Below, one piece after another: positions 40,884 through 50,101 of a stretch of DNA of 64,000 nt. The stretch's first letter is position 1. Each line of letters begins with the position of its first letter. The notes beneath the pieces were generated by a model, which was given only the letters and a program-made list of their open reading frames with translations, had not been told where the DNA came from and made no database searches. The DNA comes from an uncultured Candidatus Entotheonella sp. (GTDB lineage: Bacteria; Tectomicrobia; Entotheonellia; Entotheonellales; Entotheonellaceae). The stretch lies in the NCBI GenBank assembly GCA_965217185.1, contig OZ244252.1, positions 224,001 to 288,000 on the forward strand, in the 5' to 3' direction. The position numbers and the translations under genes were made by a program.

Positions 40884-42709
40884 TGCTCAACTACGAAACG
40901 CATGAGTACGACGTGTTGGTCATCGGCGCCGGCGGTGCCGGCCTGCGGGCGGCCATCGAGGCTGCGGCCACCCGGTTGTCCGTCGGCCTGGTTTGCAAAT
41001 CGCTGCTCGGCAAGGCCCACACGGTGATGGCCGAGGGCGGCATCGCCGCGGCCCTGGCGAACGTGGACCAGCGCGACGACTGGAAGGTGCATTTCACCGA
41101 TACGATGCGCGGCGGCCAGTACGTGAACAACTGGCGCATGGCCGAGTTGCACGCCAAGGAGGCGCCGGAGTGCGTGCGCGAACTGGAGGCGTGGGGCGCG
41201 TTGTTCGATCGCACCCCGGACGGGCGCATCCTGCAGCGCAACTTCGGCGGGCACAAATACCCCCGGCTGGCGCACGTGGGCGACCGCACCGGGCTGGAAA
41301 TGATCCGCACGCTGCAGGACCACGGCATACACCAGGGCATCGAGGTGCACATGGAGTGCACGGTCGTCACGCTGCTCAAGGACGACGGGCGGGTAGTCGG
41401 CGCCTTTGGCTACGACCGCGAACGCGGGCGCTTCCGGGTGTTTCGCGCCAAGGCGGTCGTGCTGGGCACCGGCGGCGTGGGCCGCGCCTACAAGATCACC
41501 AGCAACAGCTGGGAATACACCGGCGACGGGCATTCCCTGGCCTACCACGCCGGCGCGGACCTGATGGACATGGAGTTCGTGCAGTTCCATCCCACCGGCA
41601 TGGTGTGGCCGCCGAGCGTGCGCGGCATCCTGGTCACCGAGGGTGTGCGCGGCGAGGGCGGCGTGCTGCGCAACCGCGAGGGCCGGCGCTTCATGTTCGA
41701 CGACATCCCGGAACTGTACCGTAACCAGACGTCGGACAACGAGGAAGAGGGCTGGCGCTATACCCAGGGCGACCCCGAGGCCCGCCGGCCGCCGGAGTTG
41801 CTGACGCGCGATCACGTGGCGCGTTGCATCGTGCGCGAGATCAAGGAAGGGCGCGGCAGCCCGCACGACGGCGTATTCCTCGACATTGCCTGGATCAAGG
41901 ACAGGCTGCCCACCGCCGAGGACCACATCCGGCGCAAGCTGCCGAGCATGTATCACCAGTTCAAGCAACTGGCCGGCATCGACATCACCAAGGAGGCGAT
42001 GGAGGTGGGGCCGACGACGCACTACGTCATGGGCGGCATCCGGGTGGACGCGGACACGCAGATGTCCAACGTCCCCGGCCTGTTTGCTGCCGGGGAGTGC
42101 GCTGCCGGGTTGCACGGCGCCAATCGTCTGGGCGGCAACTCGCTATCCGATTTGCTGGTCTTCGGCAAGCGGGCCGGCCGGTACGCGGCTGAATTCGCCA
42201 TGGAAAACGGCGCCGGTGCCATCGACGAGACACAGGTCGAATCGACTGCCACCTGGGCTCTGCGCTACTTCGAGTCGAACGGCAGTGATTCGGGCGAGGC
42301 GGAGAATCCCTATCGCGTGCAGGCGGACTTGCAGGACATGATGCAGAATCTGGTTGGCATCGTGCGCACCGAAAGCGACCTGCGTAAGGGCGTCGAGGCG
42401 CTGGGAGATTTGGTCGAGCGCGCCCAGCGGGCTGGCGTGCAGGGCAACCGCGAGTACAACGCCGGCTGGCATACGGCGATGGATTTGCGTCACCTGCTGA
42501 CTGTATCGGAGGCGATTGCCCTGGCGGCGTTGGAACGCAAGGAAAGCCGGGGGGCGCATTTCCGGGAGGATTATCCCGACAAGGACGAAAACGAGGCGCG
42601 CGATAGCATTATCGTTCGCAAGGGTCCGGATGGGGAGATGCAGGTGACGCGAGAGGCCTTGTCCGCGACCCGCGCTGACCTGCAAACCATCATCGAGGAG
42701 ATGCAGTGA
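40883..42709 (+). CDS. sdhA: Succinate dehydrogenase/fumarate reductase flavoprotein
   Basis: GAGGAG, KAHTVMAEGG, QFHPTG, HYVMGG, HGANRLGGNSL, ESRGAH. Confidence 0.95.
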   Translation: MLNYETHEYDVLVIGAGGAGLRAAIEAAATRLSVGLVCKSLLGKAHTVMAEGGIAAALANVDQRDDWKVHFTDTMRGGQYVNNWRMAELHAKEAPECVRELEAWGALFDRTPDGRILQRNFGGHKYPRLAHVGDRTGLEMIRTLQDHGIHQGIEVHMECTVVTLLKDDGRVVGAFGYDRERGRFRVFRAKAVVLGTGGVGRAYKITSNSWEYTGDGHSLAYHAGADLMDMEFVQFHPTGMVWPPSVRGILVTEGVRGEGGVLRNREGRRFMFDDIPELYRNQTSDNEEEGWRYTQGDPEARRPPELLTRDHVARCIVREIKEGRGSPHDGVFLDIAWIKDRLPTAEDHIRRKLPSMYHQFKQLAGIDITKEAMEVGPTTHYVMGGIRVDADTQMSNVPGLFAAGECAAGLHGANRLGGNSLSDLLVFGKRAGRYAAEFAMENGAGAIDETQVESTATWALRYFESNGSDSGEAENPYRVQADLQDMMQNLVGIVRTESDLRKGVEALGDLVERAQRAGVQGNREYNAGWHTAMDLRHLLTVSEAIALAALERKESRGAHFREDYPDKDENEARDSIIVRKGPDGEMQVTREALSATRADLQTIIEEMQ

Positions 42710-43455
42710 TGGTCATGGCAACGTTCAAGGTGTGGCGCGGAGACCGCGATGCGGGCCGCTTCGAGGACTATCAGACGGACATCACCGAGGGGATGGTTGT
42801 GCTCGACGCGGTGCACCAGATCCAGGCCGAGCAGGCCCAGGACCTCGCGGTGCGCTGGAATTGCAAGGCGGGCAAGTGCGGCTCGTGTTCCGCTGAGGTG
42901 AATGGCAACCCGAAACTCATGTGCATGACCCGCTGCAGCGATATCCCGCTCGACAAGCCGGTGACCATCGAGCCGATGAAGGCGTTTCCGCTGATCAAGG
43001 ACCTTGTCACCGACGTGTCGTGGAATTTTCAGGTCAAGAAGCGCATCAAGCCCTTCAAGCCCCGGCAGCCAGACGCGGACGACGGCACGTGGCGCATGGC
43101 GCAGGCCGACATTGACCGCGTGCAGGAGTTCCGCAAGTGCATCGAGTGCTTCCTGTGCCAGGACGTCTGTCACGTGCTGCGCGAGCATCAACTGCACGAT
43201 GCTTTCATCGGCCCGCGGTTCTTCGTTTACGGAGCCGCGCTGGAGATGCACCCGCTCGACATCGAGAACCGCCTCGGCGACCTCAAGGACACCGGCGGCA
43301 TCGGCTATTGCAACATCACCAAATGCTGCACCAAGGTCTGCCCCGAAGACATCACCATCACCGACAACGCCATCATTCCGCTCAAGGAGCGGGTGGTGGA
43401 TGAGTTTTATGATCCACTGCAGAAACTCTTCCGCATTTTCAAGCCCAAGCGCTGA
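42709..43455 (+). CDS. sdhB: Succinate dehydrogenase/fumarate reductase iron-sulfur subunit
   Basis: CKAGKCGSC, CIECFLCQDVC, CNITKCCTKVCP. Start may be 42706, 42709 or 42715. Confidence 0.95.
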   Translation: MVMATFKVWRGDRDAGRFEDYQTDITEGMVVLDAVHQIQAEQAQDLAVRWNCKAGKCGSCSAEVNGNPKLMCMTRCSDIPLDKPVTIEPMKAFPLIKDLVTDVSWNFQVKKRIKPFKPRQPDADDGTWRMAQADIDRVQEFRKCIECFLCQDVCHVLREHQLHDAFIGPRFFVYGAALEMHPLDIENRLGDLKDTGGIGYCNITKCCTKVCPEDITITDNAIIPLKERVVDEFYDPLQKLFRIFKPKR

Positions 43456-43466
43456 CCCGCGTAGAA

Positions 43467-43635
43467 ATGTAGGTCGGATTAGCCGTCAGGCGTAATCCGA
43501 CATTCCCTCATTGAAATAGACCCGTCCGGTGCCCCAAAGCGTCCGGCTTGACCCGGAATCGAGGGGCTTTGGTTTCAACAGAAGTTTTACGGCGCAGCGG
43601 AATGTCGGATTACGCTGCGCTAACCCGACCTACAT
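43467..43635. repeat. Inverted pair of GTAG-type REP palindromes (REPIN-like)
   Basis: ATGTAGGTCGGATTAGCCGTCAGGCGTAATCCGACATT (43467-43504) and reverse-complement ATGTAGGTCGGGTTAGCGCAGCGTAATCCGACATT (43601-43635). Confidence 0.85.
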
Positions 43636-43715
43636 GATGTCGCTGGGAAATATCGAACTGGAACGCCCGATCAGGCAGGAATAGCGGGAATATAGGTTGG
43701 GATACGAGCAGGCGT

Positions 43716-43749
43716 AAAAAAAGGGCCTCGGGGAAACCCGAGGCCCTTT
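43716..43749 (-). terminator. Rho-independent terminator of pqqA (possibly bidirectional)
   Basis: Minus strand AAAGGGCCTCGGG-TTTC-CCCGAGGCCC-TTTTTTT, 16 nt after the pqqA stop. Confidence 0.9.
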
Positions 43750-43765
43750 CGCATCAACAATCGTT

Positions 43766-43840
43766 TTAGCGATTGAGGATGTACATCGTGAGCTCAAAAC
43801 CGAAACGCTTGTCCTGATAAGCAGGCTTGGTCCACTTCAT
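43766..43840 (-). CDS. pqqA: Pyrroloquinoline quinone precursor peptide PqqA (24 aa, absent from the ORF track)
   Basis: MKWTKPAYQDKRFGFELTMYILNR* has the WxKP...RxGFE-x3-Y..NR PqqA signature. AAGGAG RBS upstream. Confidence 0.95.
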   Translation of the reverse strand: MKWTKPAYQDKRFGFELTMYILNR

Positions 43841-43925
43841 TGATTCTCTCCTTCAGGGAATTACTTCCCGTGGTTGTCATCCCCCGTTCAGCGGGGAAAC
43901 TTGTCAACATCGTTACCAATACTAC

Positions 43926-43941
43926 TGCAAGCGGTGTGCCA
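43926..43941 (-). promoter_or_regulatory. Sigma54 (-24/-12) promoter of pqqA
   Basis: Minus strand TGGCAC-ACCGC-TTGCA matches the TGGCAC-N5-TTGCW consensus, about 85 nt upstream of the ATG. Confidence 0.88.
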
Positions 43942-44139
43942 AAATTTGTCCAGCCTTCTATCACCCCAGAAATAAGGCAGTTGCGGCCACAGGCCGTTTC
44001 CTGTCCGTCCGGTGAGCCCCTGCGACAGACCGTAATATGGATTCCCTCTATTCGCCATAACACACCTGTTTACAATTACTTACACCCCTGATACGTCGGT
44101 TGCGCCTGCAAAAAATGTCGCACCCCTTTTTTCGATGAC

Positions 44140-45576
44140 TCAGGGCTCGATGGGATCGGGCGATTTTTGCCGCGTCAGGCGTTTGTTCAACGCCTGGCGG
44201 GTCAGGCCAAGCATGCCGGCCGCAATGCCCTGATTACCGTCGGCGCGTTGCAGGGCTTCGGTGATCAGCGCTTGCTCGGCTTCTTTCAGGGTCGGCAGGC
44301 AATCGGGGAAGAGGGACGACAGGTTCTCCAGCGCGGCGCTCGCTTGTGGACCGTCGTCGGGGCTGTTTCGTCGGTCGAAGGTGATGGACTTGAAGGTCTT
44401 GAGCGACAGGACGCCCCCTTGGTGCTGGGCGACGGCGTCGAAGATCACCGCTTCCAGCTCGCGCACGTTGCCGGGGAACGCATACGTTTTCAGCAGGCGG
44501 TACAGTTCCATCGGTGGTGTCGGCGTGGGTTTGTTCAACTCCTGGGCGGCATTTTCCAGGAAATGGTTGATCAGCAGCGACAGGTCTTCCTGGCGCTCGC
44601 GTAGCGGCGGCACGTGCAGGTGGTGCGCCCGCAGGCGGTAGTACAGGTCCTTGCGGAATGCCCCGGCGTTGACCCGCTCCACGATGTCCACGTTGGTCGC
44701 CACGATAACCCGTGCGCTGCTCTGCCGCGGATTATCGGCGCCGAGCGGGTAATACGTCCCTTCCTGAAGCAGGCGTAGCAATTTGACCTGCGACGGGATG
44801 GCGAGGTCGCCGATCTCGTCCAGGAACAGGGTGCCGTCGGCCGCCTGCGTGATCAGCCCGCTGCGCGCCTGGTCGGCACCGGTAAAGGCGCCCTTGGTGT
44901 GGCCGAACAGGGTGTCGGAGAACATCGTATCGTCCAGCCCGGCGACGTTGACGGCGACCAGTTCCCCCTGCCCGTGCGACACCGTATGCACCGAGCGCGC
45001 CAGCAACTCCTTGCCGGTGCCCGTCTCGCCGGTGATCAGCACCGGCTGACGTGACGCGGCAATAGCCTCGACGTAGCGGAAAATGGCGTGCATCGCCTTG
45101 CTCTGCGTCACAATGGCGGCAAAGGCGTCGGGCTGGTCGAGTTTTTCGGTCAGCAGGTGCTCCTTCAGTGACAACACCTCTTCGCGCAGGTTGCGGATTT
45201 CCAGCGCCCGCGTCACCGATGACACGAAGCGGTTCTTCTCCACCGGCTTGACGAGGTAGTCGATGGCGCCGCCCTGCATACACTGAACGGCGGTATCCAG
45301 ATCGTTGGTGGCGGTCATCAGAATCACCGGCACGTCGGGATAGCCGGCGGCGATCTGCCCTAGCAACTCCTGGCCGGTGACGTGCGGCATGGCGAGATCG
45401 AGCACCACGACGCCCACGTCCTGCTCGTTCAGCAGCGGCATGACCTCGCGGCTGTCGTCAAGGGTGACGACGTGCTTGACGCCGGAGGAGCGCAGCAACA
45501 CGCTGGCGCTGCGCAAAAGCTGCGGCTCGTCGTCGACCAGCAGAATGGGGAGCGGCAATGAAGCGGTAGACGCCAT
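44140..45576 (-). CDS. NtrC-family sigma54-dependent response regulator
   Basis: REC (LVDDE, VVLDLAMP, KP), Walker A GETGTGKE, GAFTGA, FLDEIG, PGNVREL, C-terminal Fis-type HTH. Confidence 0.95.
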   Translation of the reverse strand: MASTASLPLPILLVDDEPQLLRSASVLLRSSGVKHVVTLDDSREVMPLLNEQDVGVVVLDLAMPHVTGQELLGQIAAGYPDVPVILMTATNDLDTAVQCMQGGAIDYLVKPVEKNRFVSSVTRALEIRNLREEVLSLKEHLLTEKLDQPDAFAAIVTQSKAMHAIFRYVEAIAASRQPVLITGETGTGKELLARSVHTVSHGQGELVAVNVAGLDDTMFSDTLFGHTKGAFTGADQARSGLITQAADGTLFLDEIGDLAIPSQVKLLRLLQEGTYYPLGADNPRQSSARVIVATNVDIVERVNAGAFRKDLYYRLRAHHLHVPPLRERQEDLSLLINHFLENAAQELNKPTPTPPMELYRLLKTYAFPGNVRELEAVIFDAVAQHQGGVLSLKTFKSITFDRRNSPDDGPQASAALENLSSLFPDCLPTLKEAEQALITEALQRADGNQGIAAGMLGLTRQALNKRLTRQKSPDPIEP

Positions 45577-45595
45577 GTCTGGGGTGCTCCTTGTG

Positions 45596-47302
45596 CTAAA
45601 CCTGCAAGGCTTCCGGCGCGGACACCCGCGATTCGGCAGAGCACGGCAGCGTCACGCGCGCCCGGGTGCCCTGGCCGGGGATGGACTCGAACACCAAGTT
45701 GCCGCCGTGGTCGCGCACCAGCGTGTATGTGATGGCGAGGCCGAGGCCGGTGCCACCTTGTTCCTGCTTGGTGGTGAAAAACGGATCACACAGCCGTTCG
45801 ACATTTTCCTGCGGGATGCCGACGCCGGTGTCCCGCACCTCGATCTCGACGTCGTGGTCGTCCTGATTATAACGCGTGGATACGGTCACCTGTCCGCTTT
45901 CTCCCGGCAGCGCCTCCAGGGCATTGGTGATGAGGTTGACCACCACCTGCTCGATTTGCTGCATGTCGCCTTGCAATGGCGGCAACCCCTCAGTGATCTC
46001 GACCTGGAAATTGATCGTCTTGGCGATGCGGTGACGCAGCAGATTCACCGCCCGCTGGACCGCTTCGTTGACCTGCAAGGTAGCCTGCACGGCCTGCTGC
46101 CGGGGGCGTGCGAAGTCTTTCAGGTTGCCGACGATGCGCTCGATGCGCTGTGCGCCGGCGTGCATGTCGCGGATGAGGTCGGGCACGGTCTCGCGCATTT
46201 CCGCATACGGCAGCCCGCCAATCAGAAACTCACCGTTCTCATCGTGGTAATCCTCCAGGATGTGCTGCGCGTCGCCCCACGCCTCGGCCACCACGCGCGC
46301 GTTCATCATCGTCAGGTTGTTCGGGTTGTTGATTTCGTGCGCCACACCGGCGACCAGTGTGCCGAGCGCGGTCATCTTATTGGCCTGTATCAGTTGCAAC
46401 TCCTGCTCCCGCGCTTTCTCTTCCAGGCGCGTCCGTTCGTCTATCTCGCGGCGCAAGTTGGAATTGGCGCGCCCGAGGTCTCGGGCGTTGGCGCGCAGGC
46501 GATTGAACAGGTAGACCAGATAGGCCAGCAGCACGACGGCAACGAGATACAGCAGGATGCGGTAGGTTTGCGCCCGCGCTTCCATCTGGCTGTAGTACTG
46601 CAGTGAGGCGTCCCGCAGCGCTCGCACCCGTGTCGTGGTGGTGGCAGCCAGCAGTTGACGCAGCAGGGTGTCCACTTCTGGCAGCACGTCGACGATCAGG
46701 TGTCCGTGCAAGACCAGGATGTGCAGATCGTGCTGCAACAAGTTAGCGCCGGTCATTTGGTTGAGGGCCGTTCTGATCTCGTTGCTGACTGCCCGCTGCG
46801 GCGTGCGCACGAAGCGCAGCATGGCGTTGGACAGGGTGCCGATGGCCGCGGCCACGGCGCGGTTGTTCACTAACGTCTGGGTGCTGAGCAGGTGGCCGGT
46901 GTGCAGGAAATACGTCAGCGAGTTGCCCAGCAGGGCGTTGTCGGCCTTGAAGTATTCGAGCAGCGTTTCTTTCTCCCGCACGGCGTGCGACAGGTCCGCG
47001 ATGTGCCCGCTGATGGCCGCGCTGAACTCTTCGGAGGCCGTCCCGTCCCAGGATTCCAGGTCGTGCAGGGCGCCGTATAGCCCGTCCATGGCTTCCGACA
47101 ACGAATCGTAATGAGGCAGCAAACCGGCACGCGCCAGCAGCACGTCGCGGTTGAGTTCGGCATCATGCACTTCAAAGACGTGCAGGGCCTCATACATGCG
47201 CTCCCGCGAGCCCACGTCGGGACTTCTGCTCTGAAGCAACAAAAACGTCAACAGCAACAAGAGACCGCTGACGGCCAGAAGACGCCTCAATGGGATACCC
47301 AT
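45596..47302 (-). CDS. Sensor histidine kinase with all-helical (DAHL-like) periplasmic domain
   Basis: Two TM segments flank a helical domain (LNRDVLLARAGLLPHYD, FKADNALLGNSL). H-box AHEINNP; NLITNA, DTGVG, FFTTK, GTGLGL. Confidence 0.9.
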   Translation of the reverse strand: MGIPLRRLLAVSGLLLLLTFLLLQSRSPDVGSRERMYEALHVFEVHDAELNRDVLLARAGLLPHYDSLSEAMDGLYGALHDLESWDGTASEEFSAAISGHIADLSHAVREKETLLEYFKADNALLGNSLTYFLHTGHLLSTQTLVNNRAVAAAIGTLSNAMLRFVRTPQRAVSNEIRTALNQMTGANLLQHDLHILVLHGHLIVDVLPEVDTLLRQLLAATTTTRVRALRDASLQYYSQMEARAQTYRILLYLVAVVLLAYLVYLFNRLRANARDLGRANSNLRREIDERTRLEEKAREQELQLIQANKMTALGTLVAGVAHEINNPNNLTMMNARVVAEAWGDAQHILEDYHDENGEFLIGGLPYAEMRETVPDLIRDMHAGAQRIERIVGNLKDFARPRQQAVQATLQVNEAVQRAVNLLRHRIAKTINFQVEITEGLPPLQGDMQQIEQVVVNLITNALEALPGESGQVTVSTRYNQDDHDVEIEVRDTGVGIPQENVERLCDPFFTTKQEQGGTGLGLAITYTLVRDHGGNLVFESIPGQGTRARVTLPCSAESRVSAPEALQV

Positions 47303-48324
47303 TACGATCCGTCCTCGTCCGGGAGGGTTAGCAACTGCCCCTGGTATTCGCCGGTGAGCGTGTGCAGGAATTGCACGATGAGCTCGATCTCCTCAGGGTA
47401 CAGTGGCCTGCCGAGCTGACGGGTGGCCATCAGGTCCACCGCGGTTTCGAGGGTCTGCACGCGTCCGTCGTGGTAATAGGGCGCCGTCACCGCCACGTTG
47501 CGCAGGCTGGGCACGCGAAATACCTGCCGGTCACGCTCCGCGCCGGTGACGCCGATGCGGCCCATATCGTCATCGTCGCGAGTTCTGCTTTGGCTGCGGA
47601 AGATGCCGAAACGCTGGAACATGTTGCCGCCCACGTTGACGCCTTGGTGGCAGGCGGCGCAGCCATAGGATTTGAACAGGTCGTAGCCCCGTTTTTCATC
47701 GTTGCTGAGCACGTCGGCGTCGCCGCGCAGATACTGGTCAAAGCGCGAATTTGGCGTGTTCAGCGAGCGCTGGAAGCTGGCCAGGGCGTGCAGCACGTTT
47801 GCTCGCGCCAGCCCGCCGGGGTAGGCGGTGTTGAAGGCGCTCACGTAGTCGGGGTCGGCTTGCAGCCTGGGCAGCACGTCCGTCCAAGCGCTATTCATGA
47901 TGGTGGGATCGTGGAGGGCGGCTTCGGCTTCCGCTTCGAGCGTGCGGAAGCCGCCGTCCCAATGGAAGCGGGAATTCAACGCCACGTTGAAAACGGTCGG
48001 GGTGTTGCGCAGGTGCAGGCCGCCCGTGAGGGTCGGGGGCCGTGACACGCCGTCGCCGCCGCCCTGGTTGAGCCGGTGGCAGGTGGCGCAGGAAAAGGCG
48101 TTGTTACGCGACAGGCGCGAGTCATGGAACAGCTTCTCACCGAGGGCGACTTGTGCGGCATCGAGGTCAGCGGTGAGAGGAATCGGGACGATCGGCTCGC
48201 TATCCCAGGCGCCTGCCGGCGGCAAGGGGGTTTCGGCGCTCGGCGTCGGCGCGGTGCAGGCGAGGTGCAGCGCCATGACGGCCAACGCGATTCGCACGAC
48301 AATTGATTTGCAGATAGGCCACAC
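47302..48324 (-). CDS. Di-heme cytochrome c peroxidase/MauG-family lipoprotein
   Basis: LHLAC lipobox, LGEKLFHD, CATCH, NTPTVFN, CAACH, VPSLRNVAVTAPYYHDG. Stop overlaps the kinase start. Confidence 0.92.
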   Translation of the reverse strand: MWPICKSIVVRIALAVMALHLACTAPTPSAETPLPPAGAWDSEPIVPIPLTADLDAAQVALGEKLFHDSRLSRNNAFSCATCHRLNQGGGDGVSRPPTLTGGLHLRNTPTVFNVALNSRFHWDGGFRTLEAEAEAALHDPTIMNSAWTDVLPRLQADPDYVSAFNTAYPGGLARANVLHALASFQRSLNTPNSRFDQYLRGDADVLSNDEKRGYDLFKSYGCAACHQGVNVGGNMFQRFGIFRSQSRTRDDDDMGRIGVTGAERDRQVFRVPSLRNVAVTAPYYHDGRVQTLETAVDLMATRQLGRPLYPEEIELIVQFLHTLTGEYQGQLLTLPDEDGS

Positions 48325-48467
48325 GGTTGTTCCAAGCCTTTACGTATCAATGAGAAAAACAGGTGCGCATGCTAGGCAAGGGCGGTATGGCTGTCAAGTT
48401 CGGCGGTCCATGCTCAGGACCAGCGTATATGGCATCGTCTGCAACCAATGGGCCATTTTCGGATGAA

Positions 48468-48503
48468 ATGTAGGTCGGATTAGCAAGCGTAATCCGACGT
48501 TCC
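48468..48503. repeat. GTAG-type REP palindrome at the left edge of the defence island
   Basis: ATGTAGGTCGGATTAGCAAGCGTAATCCGACGTTCC; a partial partner TGTCGGATAA lies near 48567. Confidence 0.82.
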
Positions 48504-48599
48504 GCCGCGCCCACGGAATTCTGTCAATGATGCCTGAGGCACTACAGCTTGCAAGCAGTGATGCGTTGTCGGATAATCATTCCTCAAAAGGAGTGAATT

Positions 48600-49202
48600 A
48601 TGATAACGACAGCCGATCTGACGCTTCGTGAAGCCGCCGAGTTGGCCGGCGTCACGAAAACGACCGTCGAAAAAGCGGTGGAGGCGAAGGTGATCCGGCC
48701 CTTGATCCGCCCCGCACGTTTGCGCGGCGGTTCGACGCGCTATGTGCCACTGCAAGCGGTAGCCTTTTTCGCGGCGCTGAAGCAGGCCAATCTTGTCGAT
48801 CTACCCGTGCGCCTCAAAAAGGCGCTTTGGAGTGGACTTGCCCGCCTGGAGCCCATGGAACTCGCACCGGTCGAGTTCTCGCCGGGCACGGTTTTGCACC
48901 TGGACGAACTGGCCAACGAACCGTTTGAGGCGGCGGTGCGCTACAAGGCATCGCGGGACGCCCATATCGTATCGGATCCGGAAACGCTTGGCGGCACGCC
49001 GGTGATACGGGGCACGCGAGTCACCGTGTACTCGGTGCTGGGGCGCTTGCAAGATGGTGACAGCGTCGACGACCTTGTGGCGGACAATCCCGACGTCCCT
49101 CGCGAAGCGTTCGAGGCGGCAGCTATTTTTGCGCGCGCGCATCCCTTGCGGGGTCGCCCGGGTGGACGGCCTTGGCGCAATACCGCGCGCCGAAGGTCAT
49201 GA
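48600..49202 (+). CDS. DUF433-domain antitoxin
   Basis: N-terminal HTH (LTLREAAELAGV) and SDPETLGGTPVIRGTRVTV...DLVADNP. Confidence 0.88.
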   Translation: MITTADLTLREAAELAGVTKTTVEKAVEAKVIRPLIRPARLRGGSTRYVPLQAVAFFAALKQANLVDLPVRLKKALWSGLARLEPMELAPVEFSPGTVLHLDELANEPFEAAVRYKASRDAHIVSDPETLGGTPVIRGTRVTVYSVLGRLQDGDSVDDLVADNPDVPREAFEAAAIFARAHPLRGRPGGRPWRNTARRRS

Positions 49203-49208
49203 CGCCGC

Positions 49209-49586
49209 ATGCGTTTGTTTATTGATGAGTGCCTGTCTCCGCAAATAGCCCGCGCATTGAATGCGAGCGGCCAGCATGTCGCTGAGCACCCCCTGGACTT
49301 CGGGGGCCGCGGCGACTCCGACCACCGTGTGCTGCAACGATGCGTCGCTCGCGAACTTGTCATCGTTACCGAAAATGCGCGCGATTTTCGCGTTCTTGTC
49401 GGCTCCGAAGACATCCACCCCGGTCTGATTATCCTGCCCTGCGTTGGCCGCGAGCGGTCCTTCGCGCTTCTCCTCTCAGCGATTGTGCATCTTGAAACAA
49501 TGGGGGACGCTATGGATGCCATGGTCAACCACGTCCTTGAAGTCGATGCCGAGGGAGCCATTCGCTATTATCGGTTGCCGGCGTGA
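49209..49586 (+). CDS. DUF5615/Mut7-like PIN toxin
   Basis: MRLFIDECLSP, SDHRVL, IVTENARDF, HPGLIIL. Confidence 0.88.
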   Translation: MRLFIDECLSPQIARALNASGQHVAEHPLDFGGRGDSDHRVLQRCVARELVIVTENARDFRVLVGSEDIHPGLIILPCVGRERSFALLLSAIVHLETMGDAMDAMVNHVLEVDAEGAIRYYRLPA

Positions 49587-49638
49587 ACGGTGGAAAATAG
49601 TGATCTGGGAGTATGGATTTTGCCTGTCTGAAAGGATG

Positions 49639-50097
49639 TCAGAGGGTTTGGAAGTCCCGGTAGTGTGTGAAGTTATACGCGGCTCCTGCTTCTTTCTCCG
49701 AAGCCGCGAGGTACAAATCCAGGTCCACCGTGACCAAGGGATTGGATGCCGAAACGACTTCCAGGAGAGCGGCGTCGGTAAGGCCAAGCCGTTTGAAATG
49801 GCTGTTGCGGGTTGCAGCCCTACTTTCAACGGCCTTCTCCTCGGTTGTTTCGATGAGAGTTTGAAGCACGCCGAAAATACGCGAGCGTTCCGGCTCACCA
49901 TGCTGGGCCAGTAAATTAGATGCCTCGGTGAGTGTATTCGGTGTGACAAACACCTGATGGTCAGTGTCGTTGATCAGTTTCACCAACAGGTCGTAATCTT
50001 CAACTCGATAGGCTCTTGTGCGGCGATGCTTGGAGATTAAATCTTTGTCCGTTTCGCCCACGACAAGCAGAACGAGCAGGTTTGTGTCGATGAACAT
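49639..50097 (-). CDS. PIN-domain protein
   Basis: FIDTNLLVLLVVG, TPNTLTEASNL, GLTDAAL, LVTVDLDL. Confidence 0.85.
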   Translation of the reverse strand: MFIDTNLLVLLVVGETDKDLISKHRRTRAYRVEDYDLLVKLINDTDHQVFVTPNTLTEASNLLAQHGEPERSRIFGVLQTLIETTEEKAVESRAATRNSHFKRLGLTDAALLEVVSASNPLVTVDLDLYLAASEKEAGAAYNFTHYRDFQTL

Positions 50098-50101
50098 CGG
50101 C

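Noticed and set aside
43794..44091. Track ORFs of 62-89 aa overlapping the pqqA region
   Set aside because: No motifs or RBS; the region is better explained by pqqA, its promoter and its enhancer.
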